DNA of 34,577 bases, taken from positions 75,702,001 to 75,736,577 of the forward strand of contig NC_091472.1 of assembly GCF_036971445.1 (NCBI RefSeq), read 5' to 3'. Both the position numbers and the translations under genes were made by a program. The notes beneath the pieces were generated by a model. It was not told the DNA's origin. It did not search any database and saw only the letters and a list, made by a program, of their open reading frames with translations. This stretch comes from Narcine bancroftii. Its lineage: Eukaryota. Shown here one piece after another: positions 10,184 to 22,639 of this stretch; position 1 is the stretch's first letter, and each line of letters opens with the position of its first letter.

Positions 10184-11492
10184 ATATGTGAGACCATGTT
10201 GAGATTAGGAACGAGAAAAGGATGGGTCTTCTTAAAAACATTAAGATTAATAACTCCCTGGGGCCCGGACAAGATAAAATGGAGGCTGCTGTGGGAAGGG
10301 AAGAAAGAGATACCTGGAGCACTAGCGATAATCTTTGTGTCCTCTTTGACCACAGGGGAAGTGCTGGAGAATTGGAAAATAGCAAATGTGGTCCTCTTGT
10401 TTGAAATAGGTAATAGGGGGGAATCCAGGGAATTATAAACCAATGAGTCTTACGTCAGTTTTGGAAAGGTTTATTAAGGAATATTGGTGAGTATTCTTAA
10501 GGACAGAATTTCTGAGCATTAGAGTACAATCTTCTCAGGGATAGTAAGCATAGTTTTGTGAGGTTGTGCCTCAGGAGCCTAATTGTTTTTTGAGGAGGCA
10601 ACAAAAGGAATTGATCAAGGTAGGGTGTGTAGATGAGATATATATAGATTTTATTAAGGCATTTGACAAAGTCCCCCATGAGACGTATTCAGAAAGTCAT
10701 AAGGCATTGGATCAACAAAGCTTTGGCTTTGTTAATTAAAATTTAGCTTGTATGTAGAAACCAGAGAGTAGCAGTGGACAGAATGTATTCTGTCAGTGAC
10801 AGTGGAGTTCAATGAAGGTTGGAGTTGTGGATAGCACTCAAGGTTGTTGTAGGTTACAATGGAATATAGCAGAATGCAGAGTTAGGCAGAAAAGTGGCAG
10901 ATGGAGTTTAATCCAGATATGTGTGAGGTGATACACTTTAGAAGATCAAATCTAAAGACTGAGTACAGGATTCATGGATGGATACTTCACAGTTTGGAAG
11001 AACAGAGGGGCCTTCGGGTCCAAATCCATACATCTCTCAAGCTTGCCTTGCAGTTGATAGAATAATTAAGGCCTATGGATTGCTTGGCTTCATTAGTCAA
11101 GGGACTGAATTCAAGAGTTGTGAGGTCATGTTGAAATTACAAATCTCTAGTGAGACCACATTTAGAATGTTGTGTTCAGTTCTGGTCTCATTATAGGAAG
11201 GATGTGGAAGCTATGGAGAGGGTGCAGAGGAGATTTACCAGGATGTTTCCTGGATTGAAAAGAAAGTCTTTTGAGGCAAGGTTAGCAGAGAAGGATGAGA
11301 GAGGGCTTAATACAGGTTTACAAGATTCTGAGAGGCACAGATAAGGTTGACAGCCAGTTCCTTTTTCCCAGGGCAGGAGTAGCAAACACTCGAGGACATT
11401 TGTACAAAATGAAGGGAAGAAAGTTTTAGGGGAGACATCAGGTGAAAGTATTTTTTCCCCACAGAATTGTGGGTTCCTGGAATGCCTTGCCA
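10184..11492 (+). mobile_element. CR1 LINE, 3' part (degenerate RT and C-terminus); continuation of 3040-5156
   Basis: GPDKI, WKIANVVLLF, NYKPMSLTSV, KAFDKVPH, RPHLECCVQFW, ERVQRRFTRM, WNALP. Confidence 0.88.
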
Positions 11493-12290
11493 CTTAACTA
11501 CCTGATCTATCTCATTCCGGTAAGCTTCCTCATTCCCATCTGTGACTCTGCCAAACACTCTGCCATAGGCAAATTTGTTGATGGTATTGGAATTGTGCCT
11601 AGCCATACTGTCACGGGTATAGAGCAAAAAGAACAGTGGGCTAAACATGCATCCTTGAGCTGCCACTGAGACAACTCACTCTGCTATGACTATTGTCCTT
11701 TTGGAGCATGAAAATGTCCATGAACACTCTGGCCAATTGGTTGGCACAGATCATCAGTAGCCTCCTACGCACACCATCAGGGCCTGATGCCTTGCAAGAG
11801 TTCACCCTCTTGAAGGATATTCTGACATTGGCCTCAGAGACTGATATCACAGGATCGTCAGTTTCTAATGGGATTCTCATTGGTACCATTGAGTTCTCCT
11901 TCTCAAAGTGAGCCTAAAAGCTATTCAGTGCGTCGAATAGTGACACATTACAGCCATTTCTGGTGTTCAACCTTGTTTTGTAGGATGTAATGGTTTTGCA
12001 ATTCCTGCCATAGCTGGCTCATATCTAACTGTTTCTAGCTTCCCTTGGAATTGCCTCTTTGCTGCTGAGATGGCCTTCTGTAGGTTGAACCTGGACCTCT
12101 GTAGAGATCTGGATTATTGGTCTTAAATGCCATTGACCTCAACCTCAGCAGAATGTGAATCTTTTGATCCATCCACAGCTTCTGGTTAGGGCACCTACAG
12201 TATGTGTGCACAGGCATACACTCATCCATGCAGATCTTGATGAAGTTGGTGACAGCCATGGAATATTCATTCAAGTTTGAGGAACTGGTC
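11493..12290 (-). mobile_element. Rex1/Babar-like LINE fragment (RT region, internally deleted)
   Basis: PNQKLWM, KASGPDGV...CANQLARVFMDIF, QGCMFSPLFFLLYT...INKFA. Confidence 0.75.
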
Positions 12291-13215
12291 AAAGTTGATT
12301 GGAAAGGCACACTAGTGGGGAGGACAACAGAGCAGCATTGGCTGGAGTTTCTGTAAGAAACAAGGAAAGTGCAGAACAGATACATGGCAAAAAATAAATA
12401 TTTGAATGGATATATTACATAATGGTGGCTGACAAGAGAAATCAAAGCCAAAGCAAAAGAAAGGGCATGCAAGGAAGCAAAAACTAGTGAGAAGACAGAG
12501 GACTGGGAAGCTTTTAAAAGCTTACAGAAGGCAACTAAGAAGATCGTTAGGAAAAAAAAATTGAACTATCAAAGGAAGTTAGCAAATACTATCAAAAAGC
12601 ATACTAAAAGCTTATTGAAGTACATTAAGAGTGAAAATGAGGCAAGAGTAGATTTAGGACTGATAGAAAATGACACTAGAGAAATTATAATGGCAGAAAA
12701 AGAGATAACAGGAACTAAATGAATATTTTGCATCAGTCTTCACTGTGGAAGACGTTAGCTGTTTACCTGACTTTCAAGGATATCAGCGAAGAGAGGTGGT
12801 ACAGTCAAGATCACCAGAAAGTGTTTGGGAACCTGAATGGTCCAGGGGTAGATAAGTCTCTTGGACCAGATGGAATGGACCCTCAAGTTCTGAAGAAGTA
12901 GCTATGGAGATCGTGGAGGCATTGGTCATGATGCAAAATGTTTGGAGGTGCAAAGGGGCTTGGAAGTTCCTTTCCAGGATACCCAAAGGTTCAGCTCCAG
13001 CTTGAGTCTGTGGTGAAGAAGGCAAATGCAATGTTGGCATTCATATCTAGAGATATCGGATACAAGAGTAGGAATGTAATGTTGAGACTTTATGAGACAT
13101 CAATGAGGTCTCACTTGGAGTACAGGACACATTTTTGAGCTCCGTATTTAAGAAAAGATGGTTTGGCATTGGAGAGGGTTCAGAGAAGATTTACAAGAAT
13201 TATTCCTGAAATGAG
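12291..13215 (+). mobile_element. CR1 LINE fragment with large internal deletion
   Basis: WLTREIK, DKSLGPDGMDPQVLK, VKKANAMLAFISR...RSHLEY, LERVQRRFTR. Confidence 0.8.
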
Positions 13216-13390
13216 TAATGTAAAGTGGTGAATGTTCTGATGAAGGGTCTACGATTCAAAACTTTGACAGTTATTCACTCCACAGAACCTGACTGAGTGC
13301 ATTTTATCCTAAAGGAAGTTCAGTGGCAAGTTTCATTCAAACAACTAAACAAGATTTTGCACCAAGTTCATAACACTAATTTGGTTTTAC

Positions 13391-13478
13391 CTTTCTCCAT
13401 TTGTTCAAGCAAGGCCTCTCCTGCTTCTCTTACTTCCTTTAATTGTCTTTCACTTTCAGTCTTTTCTTTTTCCAATGT
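13391..13478 (-). CDS. utrn: Utrophin coding exon (homologous to DMD exon 19), 88 bp
   Basis: tttacag|ACA...AAAG|gtaaaa; TLEKEKTESERQLKEVREAGEALLEQMEK; same size as DMD exon 19. Confidence 0.92.
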
Positions 13479-14121
13479 CTGTAAATGCACAAAATTTCAA
13501 TAAATTTAATTCTTCTGCTCAGATAGTTTAATCCAACATCGCAAGTGCTGCTTATGCGTAATATCCAAATTATTTTAGTTATTACAAACTCACAATAGAC
13601 AATTAAGTTAACAATGATCTTGATAAATATCTAACAGAGGCCACTGAACTAAAAAAAATTGTATTTATAACATGTTACAAAAAATATTTCAGTCATAGTA
13701 TCACTTGTTCTGGTTTCTTTGGATTAACAACAAATCTGGGATGCTCAGTTGCAGCTGCAGAAATCTGTTGAAGGATGCTCAATGGAGTTCAACTGTCATG
13801 GAGAAATCATTCAGACCAACCATTTCATAGTTCAAGGGTAGGAATTAGAAGTTATAAAAAAAAATCAGTCATGATCTCCTGAGCGATAAACCAGGTTTGA
13901 AGGGCAACGTGGCCAACAGCTTTTCTTATGTCCCGAAGTAATTCAACACAGCCAAAAACAGTTGTAATTTCCAAAAGTTTAGTTTTACAACATTTTTACA
14001 CCATCACATCCATCAAGCTTTTATCTGGTATTTCACAATCTTATAATTTGATTCTCTTAATATTCTTAACTCAATTTATTTCTTTTTTCAGAAGAACCCA
14101 TCTCCACAATTGCAGCCTTAC

Positions 14122-14245
14122 CTTCATCTTTTTCTTCATGCCAGTAATGTCCTTTTTCCTCCTGAAGTCATCGAACATCATGGCCTGAATCTCATAATCT
14201 GACTTGCTAATCCAGTTCAAAAGTTCATCAGCATCCACAGTGAAT
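14122..14245 (-). CDS. utrn: Utrophin coding exon (homologous to DMD exon 18), 124 bp
   Basis: actag|A TTC...ATGAAG|gtaagg; FTVDADELLNWISKSDYEIQAMMFDDFRRKKDITGMKKKMK (human UTRN FDAISAELLNWI...EMKKKLK). Confidence 0.92.
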
Positions 14246-14299
14246 CTAGTGATGAATTATGCATTGGTGGAGCCATTATTACAAAAAGAGGTCAAATAA

Positions 14300-15820
14300 A
14301 TTAGTTTCAAGTTAATTATGGAGGACAGGAAATTAGAGAAAGTTCAATTTTGAGGAAATGAGAAAGGATCTAGAATGTGAAAATTAAGAGAAATTGTTTT
14401 CTGGCATGGATGTGGAAGGTCAGTGGAAGAACTTCAAAAGTGAAGAGTTTGTACATTTCTGTCAGGACAAAGTTAACAGGCATAGGGAACCTTGGTTTTA
14501 GAGGGATATTGTGGATCTGGTCAGAAGAAGAGAGAGGTATAGGCATCACAGAGCAAAAAAGATACTTGAGGAGGAATAAAAGGCCAGAAAAACCTCAAGA
14601 AATAAATCAGAAAGGCTAAGACAATGAGGTAGCTTTGGTAGACAATATGAAGGAGAATCCTACTGGTTTCTACAGGTATATTAAGAGCAAAAGGATAGTA
14701 AGAGATAAAATTGGTCCCCTTGAAGAAGAGATGGGGGGAGATCTTAAATGAGTCTTTTGCATCAGTAATTACTCAGGAAATTGGCACAGAGACTAGGGAA
14801 GCAAGGAAAACAAGCAATGAGGTTAATGAACCTATGCAGATGAAAAAATAAGAGTGCTTGCTGTCATTAAGCAAATAAAGGTGGATAAATCCCCAGGGCT
14901 TGACAAGATATCCCTTGGACATTGAGGGAGGCTAGTGTAGAAAATGCAGGGACTCTGGCAGAAATATTTTATATGTCCTTAGCCACGGGTGTGGTGCCAG
15001 AGGAACTGTAGGGATTAAAACAGACTCCAAATGTAACCCTGGAAATTATAGGCCTGTGAACCTGACATCAGTAGTAATTAAATGTTATGTGTGGAGGAAA
15101 TGTGGTCTCCCTGCTTGTCTAGAATGTGTGCATAGTGGGCAGTCGCATGTCCTCCTCGTCTGAAACTTATTTGGAAGTTACATCACTTGTCAATCAAGGT
15201 TGGACTCCGGCCACCAATTAGTGTACATCTTGTTGTTGGCTAATTTAAATTACCTAGGGTCATTATTGGCTAGAAACATGGATTAGCACTGTATCAAAAC
15301 CAAAGCACATTCTTTCTCTATGTCTTGTAGTCCAAGCTCAAGATATCACATCATGCCAGGTCGCTACTGTGGACATTGCTGAAAGTGTCGTGGGTAAGGT
15401 GTGCACTACATAGAACTGCGATAGGTTGGTACTTGCAGACAGCCACAACCCTGTTGGTACAGGGAACAAGGTGTGTGTGTAAGAGTCCCTGTTTGTCATG
15501 CGTGTCAAGTTTAGGTTTACTGGTGTCAGAGTCCTATATGTCATCGCTTAAGTGATACAGAGATTGAGTATGGTTTAGCATCTCCCCTTTGTTTCCCATG
15601 TGGCAATAAAAGTTACACATAATTAATAACACTTGTGTCCAGACTTGTGGCTCTGTGAACCCACTAAACCTGATACTCTTACCAATACAACAGTAAATTG
15701 TTGGAAAGTGCTCTAAAAGATCAAATATACAAGTATCTTGATAGCCAGGGACTGATGAGAGATAGTAAACATGGCTTTGTGTGTGACAGGTTGTGTTTTA
15801 CCAATCTGATAAGAGTTCCA
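14300..15820 (+). mobile_element. CR1 LINE fragment interrupted by a solo LTR
   Basis: ENPTGFYRYIKSKR, VDKSPG, NPGNYRPVNLTSVV, then KLLESAL...KHGFV after the LTR. Confidence 0.78.
15083..15692 (+). mobile_element. Solo LTR, 610 bp
   Basis: TGTTATG...TACAACA termini, 5-bp TSD TTAAA/GTAAA (one mismatch), AATAAA at 15605; the CR1 reading is continuous across it. Confidence 0.82.
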
Positions 15821-16461
15821 AAACATACTAAAGTTCATAAACCATTTTTTAAAAAATAAAGTTCCATACCCAAATGATTTCAAATATCTCCCAAAATCAA
15901 ATTTACACAAACATATCCACATGAATATCTATTTAACCTGCTCACTAATGTCAAAAATGGGTTTTGCTGGGACTATTTTGCCTTTGATGTCATTACAGTC
16001 TTGATTAAAAAAGTGAATTCCACAAGCAAGGTGAAATTGACTGACGACTTGAAAGCAGCATTCAACCAATTAAGCCATCAAGTAACCCTTGAAAAAAAAA
16101 TCAAAACCAGAAAAACTTCCAAGGCTGGGTTCATACCTCACAGACAGATTATGGTTGATCAGCTTCAGATCACCATTGCAGAAGGTTTCTAGGGCATATC
16201 TCAACAAAATAGAAGCATGGAGTGATAAAAAGAAATTAAAATTCATTGAAACACAAGAAATAGTAATACGTTATCCAGCACCTCATGCCTGCTTCACCGT
16301 TCAATAAAATGGTGCTCTTACCACAATTACTCTTTTGAGTAATAACTCCAAATCTACAACAACTTGCTTAATATCTAAAAATTTCTGAAAATCTACCAAT
16401 CTCTGGTCAATATTTCAGACACCAAACTCCCATAGCCTTCTTGTGTAGAGAATTTTAAAAA

Positions 16462-16605
16462 ATTTTGGATGTGGGGAGAAAAAAAGTGCATCCATCCAGT
16501 CACAAGAACTTAAACTCCACAGAGTCAGCATTGGAGGTCAGAATCAAACCTGGATTGCTAGAACTGAGGGATGGCTGTGCTACCTGTAGTGCCTCAGTGA
16601 CACCA
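16462..16605 (-). mobile_element. tRNA-derived V-SINE (HE1-like) 5' fragment
   Basis: Degenerate A/B boxes (GGCACTACAGGTAGCAC; GGTTTGATTC) followed by TGTGGAGTT and ACATCCAAAA of the V domain. Confidence 0.6.
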
Positions 16606-16809
16606 AATTTCTTCTCAACCAAATCCTGTATGGATAACTCCTCCTTGGACACTCGACACACTAACCAGAGGACGCATTCTTTAGGTACAAATACACCATT
16701 GTTTATACTATTCATTACATTTTTCTTTCTCTAGAGTTACTAATTTTCATCATTCAAATCTGTGTCATGCAGAAAAGATCAGAAAAAATAAGAGGAAAGG
16801 TTTCTTTAC

Positions 16810-16955
16810 TTATTCCTGGAATCCACATTCACATGCAGTTGTCTCTTCTTGGATGGTGGTGAAGGGGCCAACTCCTGTTTTTGAATAATGCGCTCTGCAG
16901 TGATCATTCCCAAGACCTCCATCTGATTTGCATGAGTTGTTCCAAACTCAGACAA
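16810..16955 (-). CDS. utrn: Utrophin coding exon (homologous to DMD exon 17; hinge 2), 146 bp
   Basis: ctaac branch motif...atgcag|TTG...AATAA|gtaaag; LSEFGTTHANQMEVLGMITAERIIQKQELAPSPPSKKRQLHVNVDSRNK (human KQELPPPPPPKKRQIHVD); phase 0 in, phase 2 out fits neighbours. Confidence 0.9.
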
Positions 16956-17099
16956 CTGCATAAGATCAAGGTATGAGGGTTAGAAAAACAAATACATATT
17001 TAACTGGAATTATTTTCAGAGGTAAGTGTTTAATTCCCAGTTATCAAATTCTGATTATTGCTGCTCTAATTTCCTTCCCAGTCTTACTTTCTTCCCATA

Positions 17100-17420
17100 A
17101 TTTACACCCCAATCCACAGATCCTTGAAGTATTTGACAAGAGCAAAGCCTTCCTTCAATTTACTTTTCTAACCCAATCAAAATCTCACATACCTTTATCA
17201 AATCTTCACATCTTCTGTGCTCCAGAGGGAATAATCCCAGTTTATTCTATCCAATATTATTGTTGAATCCTTCATCTCTGCAAATAACTCCAGTAATATT
17301 TTCTAAATCCTCTCAAGGATCTTCACATTTTTGCTCAAGTGAGACAATCACATTTGTATTCAAATCTCCAGTTGTTGCCTAATCTTTGTTTTGCATGGAT
17401 TCAACACAATTTCTGTCTTT
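17100..17420 (-). mobile_element. Old CR1 3' remnant
   Basis: Degenerate similarity to the CR1 ORF2 C-terminus in antisense; motif-level only. Confidence 0.4.
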
Positions 17421-17809
17421 ATACACTCTTCCTCCATTTTTAAAACCCATATATTTCACCAATCATATTCTCATTAATCACTCGATATTCCCTTGACTTT
17501 TTATACACACAGAGACAGACACACCCTTCAGAACTGTGAATATTGATCTTTTTTGCCCCTCAACATTTATATCCAGCTGCATCACTTTCTGCTTCTCTGT
17601 ATTGTATTTCAACTGCTAGATGCTTGCTCTTTCGACCTGCCTCTCTTCCTGCAGTCTTTACCAATGCTTCTGGGCTTTGAGCTCAATTACTTGGTGCAAG
17701 TCATCTTCAAATTTAGAAATCCATGTTTACTACCAACAAGGATAAAAAAAAGATCCAAAATTGTTCCCTGGGTAACTCCAAGAAAGAACAATTTACTCCT
17801 GCTAAAAAC

Positions 17810-18340
17810 AGAAAATACAAGAATGTACAGCAGGTCGGGTGGTTTCTGTAGATACGGAAACTAGGATAACATTTTCAGACCCAAAAAAATCCAGAAATCA
17901 ACCATATTTTAAATTCAGAGAAAGCACAAGGGGAGGGACAATGTCACAAAATAATGGTGGTGCTAGGCTAGGTAAAAGAAGGGGTGTGAAGGTATGTGTT
18001 CATTATGGCTGATTTTTCTGGACAAGTAAATAGAATTTGAAAGAAGACAGGGCAGAGAAGTAAATAAAATAATGCTCAAATTCCAAAAGACTAAATTGTA
18101 CATGCTGCAAATCTGAAATAGAGTACTGAAGTGTTATCTGTCCAGAAGTAAAATCTGAATTAATGTCAATGACCTTTCTGAACTGGCTAATTATGAAGTA
18201 AACTGAATAGATGGTTGTCTTAAATTAGTAACTTCAACATCAGGTTTTGCAGGACTGCTGCATCAAAAAATGAGATTCTATCATCTGAGTTTAACTTGGA
18301 TTTTGTTGGAATGATGCAAGAGGAGAAAGACAGAAATCTT
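17810..18340. mobile_element. Possible degenerate Penelope-like element remnant
   Basis: CAGCAGGTC and TGCTGCAAATCTGAAATA motifs related to the 8535-8672 repeat; heavily decayed. Confidence 0.3.
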
Positions 18341-19189
18341 ACTCCACGGTTACCTTACAGACAATTTTCTATCCAATCTAAAATGGAGCCTCTAATTCCA
18401 GGGCCTCAGTTCTGCCTAGGAATTTTTTTGCAGAATTCAAACACTTTCTGAAAATCTTCCTTAGTAACCATTCTAATCAGCTTGTGGAGAAACATGATTC
18501 TCAACTTGTTTGATCATATATTGTCTGACACAAAAGTAATTGTGGAAGTGATTATTATGAATCAGAAGCCCTTGTCCAATTAATTCATGAAAATGACAGC
18601 TCACGGGATAGTGGAAAATATTTTAGCATGATTAGACCACAGGCTCGAAAATAAGATCAAGGACAATGAGTATTGATTTCTTTAGTACAGGTTGTATTTA
18701 GCTGACATTTTTGAAGAGGTCCTGATGAAGGTGGAGCCTTTGATTAAGTACATGTGGATTTGACCAAGGCATTTAACCAAGTCCCGAATGCCTTGAATGT
18801 AAAACCCTATGGTATCTAATGGAATATAACAATTTGAATTAAAATCTGGGTTGGTGGAGAAAACAGTAAAGCTGGTCAACATGAGATTTGGTAACCCAGA
18901 AGCTAAATGCAACAAGGTTCTTTTCTTTCAAAGGAACTCTATTGATGTAGTATAGTCGACAGTCAGGAAATTATGAGCTGCATAAAAATATCAATTAAAA
19001 TGTTGGTAGAAATTAAAGCAAATAGATTTTATGCTGGAGGAGTGCAAGGTAATACATTATTTGCTTGCTAAACAATCAGGCAGGAAGTGCAAAGGTTAAA
19101 AAAAATTGAAGGGAACCTGTAGATCACTGTCTGACAAGGGGTGAGGCAGGAAGAATCTGAAAATGAATCCTTCACTTCCTCATCAGAAG

Positions 19190-19740
19190 ACCACAATCAG
19201 TGTGAATCAGTGACAACACCTCCACCTCATTGACAATCCACACAAGAGCACCTCAAGGATGTATGCTTAGCCCACTGCTCTACCCATGACTGTGTGGCGA
19301 GGCACAACTCAGAGGTGCCAATGCACAGGTCAGGAACAGGCTAAAAAGAGTTATGAACACGGCCAGCACCATCAAGGGAATTAGTCTTCACTCTATTAAG
19401 GAGTTCTACAAGAGGCTGTTTCTCAAGAAAGCAGCCACTATCATCAAGGTCCTTCACTACCCTCTTCTTACTGCTACAATCATCAAGGACCCTCACTATC
19501 CTCTTCTTACTGTTACAATCAGGAAGGTGGTACAGGAGCCTGAAGACAAACATATAATGGTATAAAAACAACTTCTTCCTCCCGCCATCAGGTTTCTGAA
19601 TGGACAATGACTACAGATACTACCTCACTTTTTCTTTTATTTATTTTTTTTAATGTAATTTATAGCAATTTTTGCACCTGTAATGCCGTCATAAAACAAT
19701 GAATTTCGTGACACATTCATGACAATCAATTCTGATTCAT
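19190..19740 (+). mobile_element. Rex1/Babar-like LINE fragment with 39-bp tandem duplication
   Basis: APQGCMLSPLLY, KAATIIKD motifs; GACAATCAATTCTGATTC tail; duplicated unit 19440-19478 / 19479-19517. Confidence 0.7.
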
Positions 19741-19924
19741 CACATTTCGAGTCACCTAGGAGAGCATTTGAAAAGCTGCAGACCACCAGGAATGAACTCT
19801 GAGCTCAATGTTTTCCAGAATGGGTATGATGGACTGCATGGCCTCCTTTATTTGCCATCTATTTTTACACATCTCAGATTTTTTTCTAACTACAAGACAA
19901 GCTGTACCATACAGAAAAATCACA

Positions 19925-20830
19925 GGAATACTTGGGTTGTTTCCTCTGCAACGCTGTAGACTGAGAAGTGACTCAAGAGAAGGTTATAATATAGGAGGTA
20001 TTGATAGGAGCAGGGAGAGAGTGTCCCACATGTGTATCCACACAGAAGGGGAAAGGAGCTATGTACCGTGAGGGAGCCGTGCACCAGGCAGGATAAATTT
20101 GGATCGTGAGCTGTAGGTTGCTCAGCCTTAGGATAGACAACCAAAGTCTTTTTCTTTCTCCCAGGGTAAAAATATTACATATCATGGGCATGCATTTAAA
20201 ATGAGAGTAGTAAAGTTTAATGGAGATGTGCATTTCTTTAACAGCGTGGTGGGTGCCTGGAACTGGCTGCCAGAACCAGTGGTGGAAGCCAACATGTTAC
20301 AGGTGTAATAGAGTTAGACTGTAAGATAGATATATGAATATGCAAGGAATGTAGGGATATGTTGTGGTGTTCCACCACCTCAGAGATCGAGCCAGTACAT
20401 CGCATGGCATGCATGGTAATAAACACCAGAATAATACACTGTAACATGTCCCTTAACACAGCAAACCGGCACAATTGAAAGCTGGGGCAGTACAAGATCA
20501 GCAGCCCTAAAATGGCACTGGCCAAACTGCCCAGCTAACAGATCAGTAACAGGCTGGGGAAGAAGGGTATTCACAGGCAAGAATGTTCTCCCCCTCCACT
20601 GTTATTCATGCAATTGATGTCAGCCAATCAAACAAAAGGCAGGAACTCTAACTGTATAAAAGGAGCCTTTCCAGTAAATCTCAGAGCTTAACGTCCCACG
20701 CTACAAGTGTGTGTTTCTTTGTAGCAGTTGGCTACAATGTATCATATTGAAGCACCAGAGTCATATTAATTTGCCCATCATGTTAAGTGCCGTCATCCTG
20801 GGCCAAAGGGCTTGTTCCTAAGCTGTAATG
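19925..20830 (+). mobile_element. CR1 3' end, interrupted by a solo LTR and an unassigned insert of about 120 bp (20009-20130)
   Basis: LGLFPLQRCRLRSD, QRGGCLELA (VVGAWN-L-P like), tail GGGCCAAAGGGCTTGTTCC. Confidence 0.65.
20363..20736 (+). mobile_element. Gypsy-type solo LTR, 374 bp
   Basis: TGTGG...CTACA termini, perfect 4-bp TSD ATGT (20359-20362, 20737-20740), CCAAT near 20624, TATAAAA near 20655. Confidence 0.85.
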
Positions 20831-21287
20831 TTCAATGTTATAATAAATGTTAAATGACTTTCAATTAGAAAGGAAAACAATGAAAACAAAACAGAAAAGG
20901 ACAATGTTGTCAAGGAAAATTGAACAACATTTATTCATCTGTAGGGATCAGAATCTAATAAACAGACATACAATAAACAGACATAAGCATTTTTTACCCT
21001 TGGATATATGACAATTGAAATTTAAAATCTAACTTTAAGTACTGTGGGCATAGCTTCACAAGAAACACCAAGTTTGAAACTGTCAAATCAAGATCAATGT
21101 AAGTATTGTAGTATTGTAGTATATGTAAGTATTGTAGAGAAAGAAACTATTCATCAACATGGTTGTGCTAACTCCTTATTAAAGATATTCAAGATGGAAA
21201 TATTGCAGCCAACAGTGGCAATGAAGTGCTTCTTGTACATACATTTTGGCATACAAAACAATTGGGAAATTTGGTCTCATTTCTTAC

Positions 21288-21467
21288 CTGTTTTGAGCAA
21301 TCTTGCAGTTGCTGCACTAACTTGTCCCACCTTTGTGTTAATTCTTTCAGACTGCAATCAATTTTCCTTGATGAATTACTATTGTTGAGTAATTCTGTCA
21401 AAGCTTGGCAATCCTCACCCAACTGATCCAATGTTGGACGCTTCATTTCCAGGTCTTTCTTCAGAAC
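21288..21467 (-). CDS. utrn: Utrophin coding exon (homologous to DMD exon 16), 180 bp
   Basis: ctgttag|GTT...AAACAG|gtaaga; VLKKDLEMKRPTLDQLGEDCQALTELLNNSNSSRKIDCSLKELTQRWDKLVQQLQDCSKQ; EMKR.TLDQL and ELTQRWD diagnose utrophin rather than dystrophin. Confidence 0.95.
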
Positions 21468-22009
21468 CTAACAGAAGATACAATGCAGTTATTTATGATG
21501 TCATTAGGATGAGATTTCACGTGTTGTAGTTTGACGGGATAGGTGCACAATATAGACGTGAAGCAGCAAACCTATTTGTCTCCTACCATGAGATATAAAA
21601 GCAAGCAGCGCAGGTAGTTGGCCTGCAAATATTTACAGAAGATTCCACAAGAATAGGATTGTGAACATCCCCTTATTGGCTTAACTATAAACTACGACAA
21701 AACTGCCAAAAGACTTGTCCGCACTATTGAAACACCATTGTTTTTCATCTTGCACTAAGTTATTATCTCTTCCGATGCAAAGATTATTTAATGTTCCCTA
21801 TTGTATTTGGAGCATCTTATGCCCCTGTTTGCTCAGCAAGATTTTCAGTGCAAATGTACATTGTAAATACATGAGAATAAACTCAACCTGGAGCATCTAG
21901 TAACCAGTTCAGAGCCACAACTGCAAATTTAGCACCAGTTCTCTTGTCCCAACAAGATGGAAAAACTAATAACAGCTCCTTTAAAGTAGCTCATTCAAAA
22001 CCAACTTAC

Positions 22010-22117
22010 TTCTAGTCTGTGGATATTTCCTCCAGTCTCACACAAAGCCTTGCAGCAGCTGGTTTGGATGTCATTAAAAGCATCTTCCTTCTCAGTAAGC
22101 CATGCTTCAAGCAGCAG
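22010..22117 (-). CDS. utrn: Utrophin coding exon (homologous to DMD exon 15), 108 bp
   Basis: tttggcag|CTG...CTAGAA|gtaagt; LLLEAWLTEKEDAFNDIQTSCCKALCETGGNIHRLE. Confidence 0.93.
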
Positions 22118-22275
22118 CTGCCAAAGACAGACAAAATCCTTCATAAATCAACATTTCCCACTCTCCTCCTAAATGCAACATTTACTTCCTCATATTCAAA
22201 TGCATATTATTGTTTAGCATACAATTGAGTTTTTGTTTTTAAAATGTAATCCAACTATCAATTGACTTTCCTGAC

Positions 22276-22377
22276 CTGGTCATCTGATAATTGTTGCCAT
22301 TTTGTGTAAATTTTCTGTAGCAGTTGCCAGCGCTCTTCAGTCCAACGACAAACAGCTGCCCAGCGCTCACCCAGTTC
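22276..22377 (-). CDS. utrn: Utrophin coding exon (homologous to DMD exon 14), 102 bp
   Basis: attacag|GAA...GACCAG|gtcagg; [34 protein letters not shown]. Confidence 0.95.
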
Positions 22378-22551
22378 CTGTAATAATCCAAATGAAATAT
22401 TAATAAAAGCTTTATGAAGTGGCACTGCCCAACTCTCACCACATTTAACCAATAAATAGGTGAACGACATGAAATGAGAATGTTCATCTGAATTTGTACT
22501 GGATCAAATGATAATCAAGCAGCATTTGGGCAGTCAGGGTGCTTTGTATGT

Positions 22552-22617
22552 AGGCCTTTTCACACTGCCATGTAAAATAGGGATTCCCGGGCCCTGTGAA
22601 CCTGAGGTGTGAAAATG
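22552..22617. mobile_element. Possible PIF/Harbinger-type MITE remnant
   Basis: TTTTCACAC...GTGTGAAAA short inverted ends. Confidence 0.35.
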
Positions 22618-22639
22618 TTAGCCCAGGAAAATTAACACA

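Noticed and set aside
16462-16605. tRNA gene
   Set aside because: Only decayed A/B boxes followed by SINE body; no cloverleaf
19440-19517. 39-bp tandem duplication as a functional repeat
   Set aside because: Lies inside a dead LINE fragment; ordinary slippage
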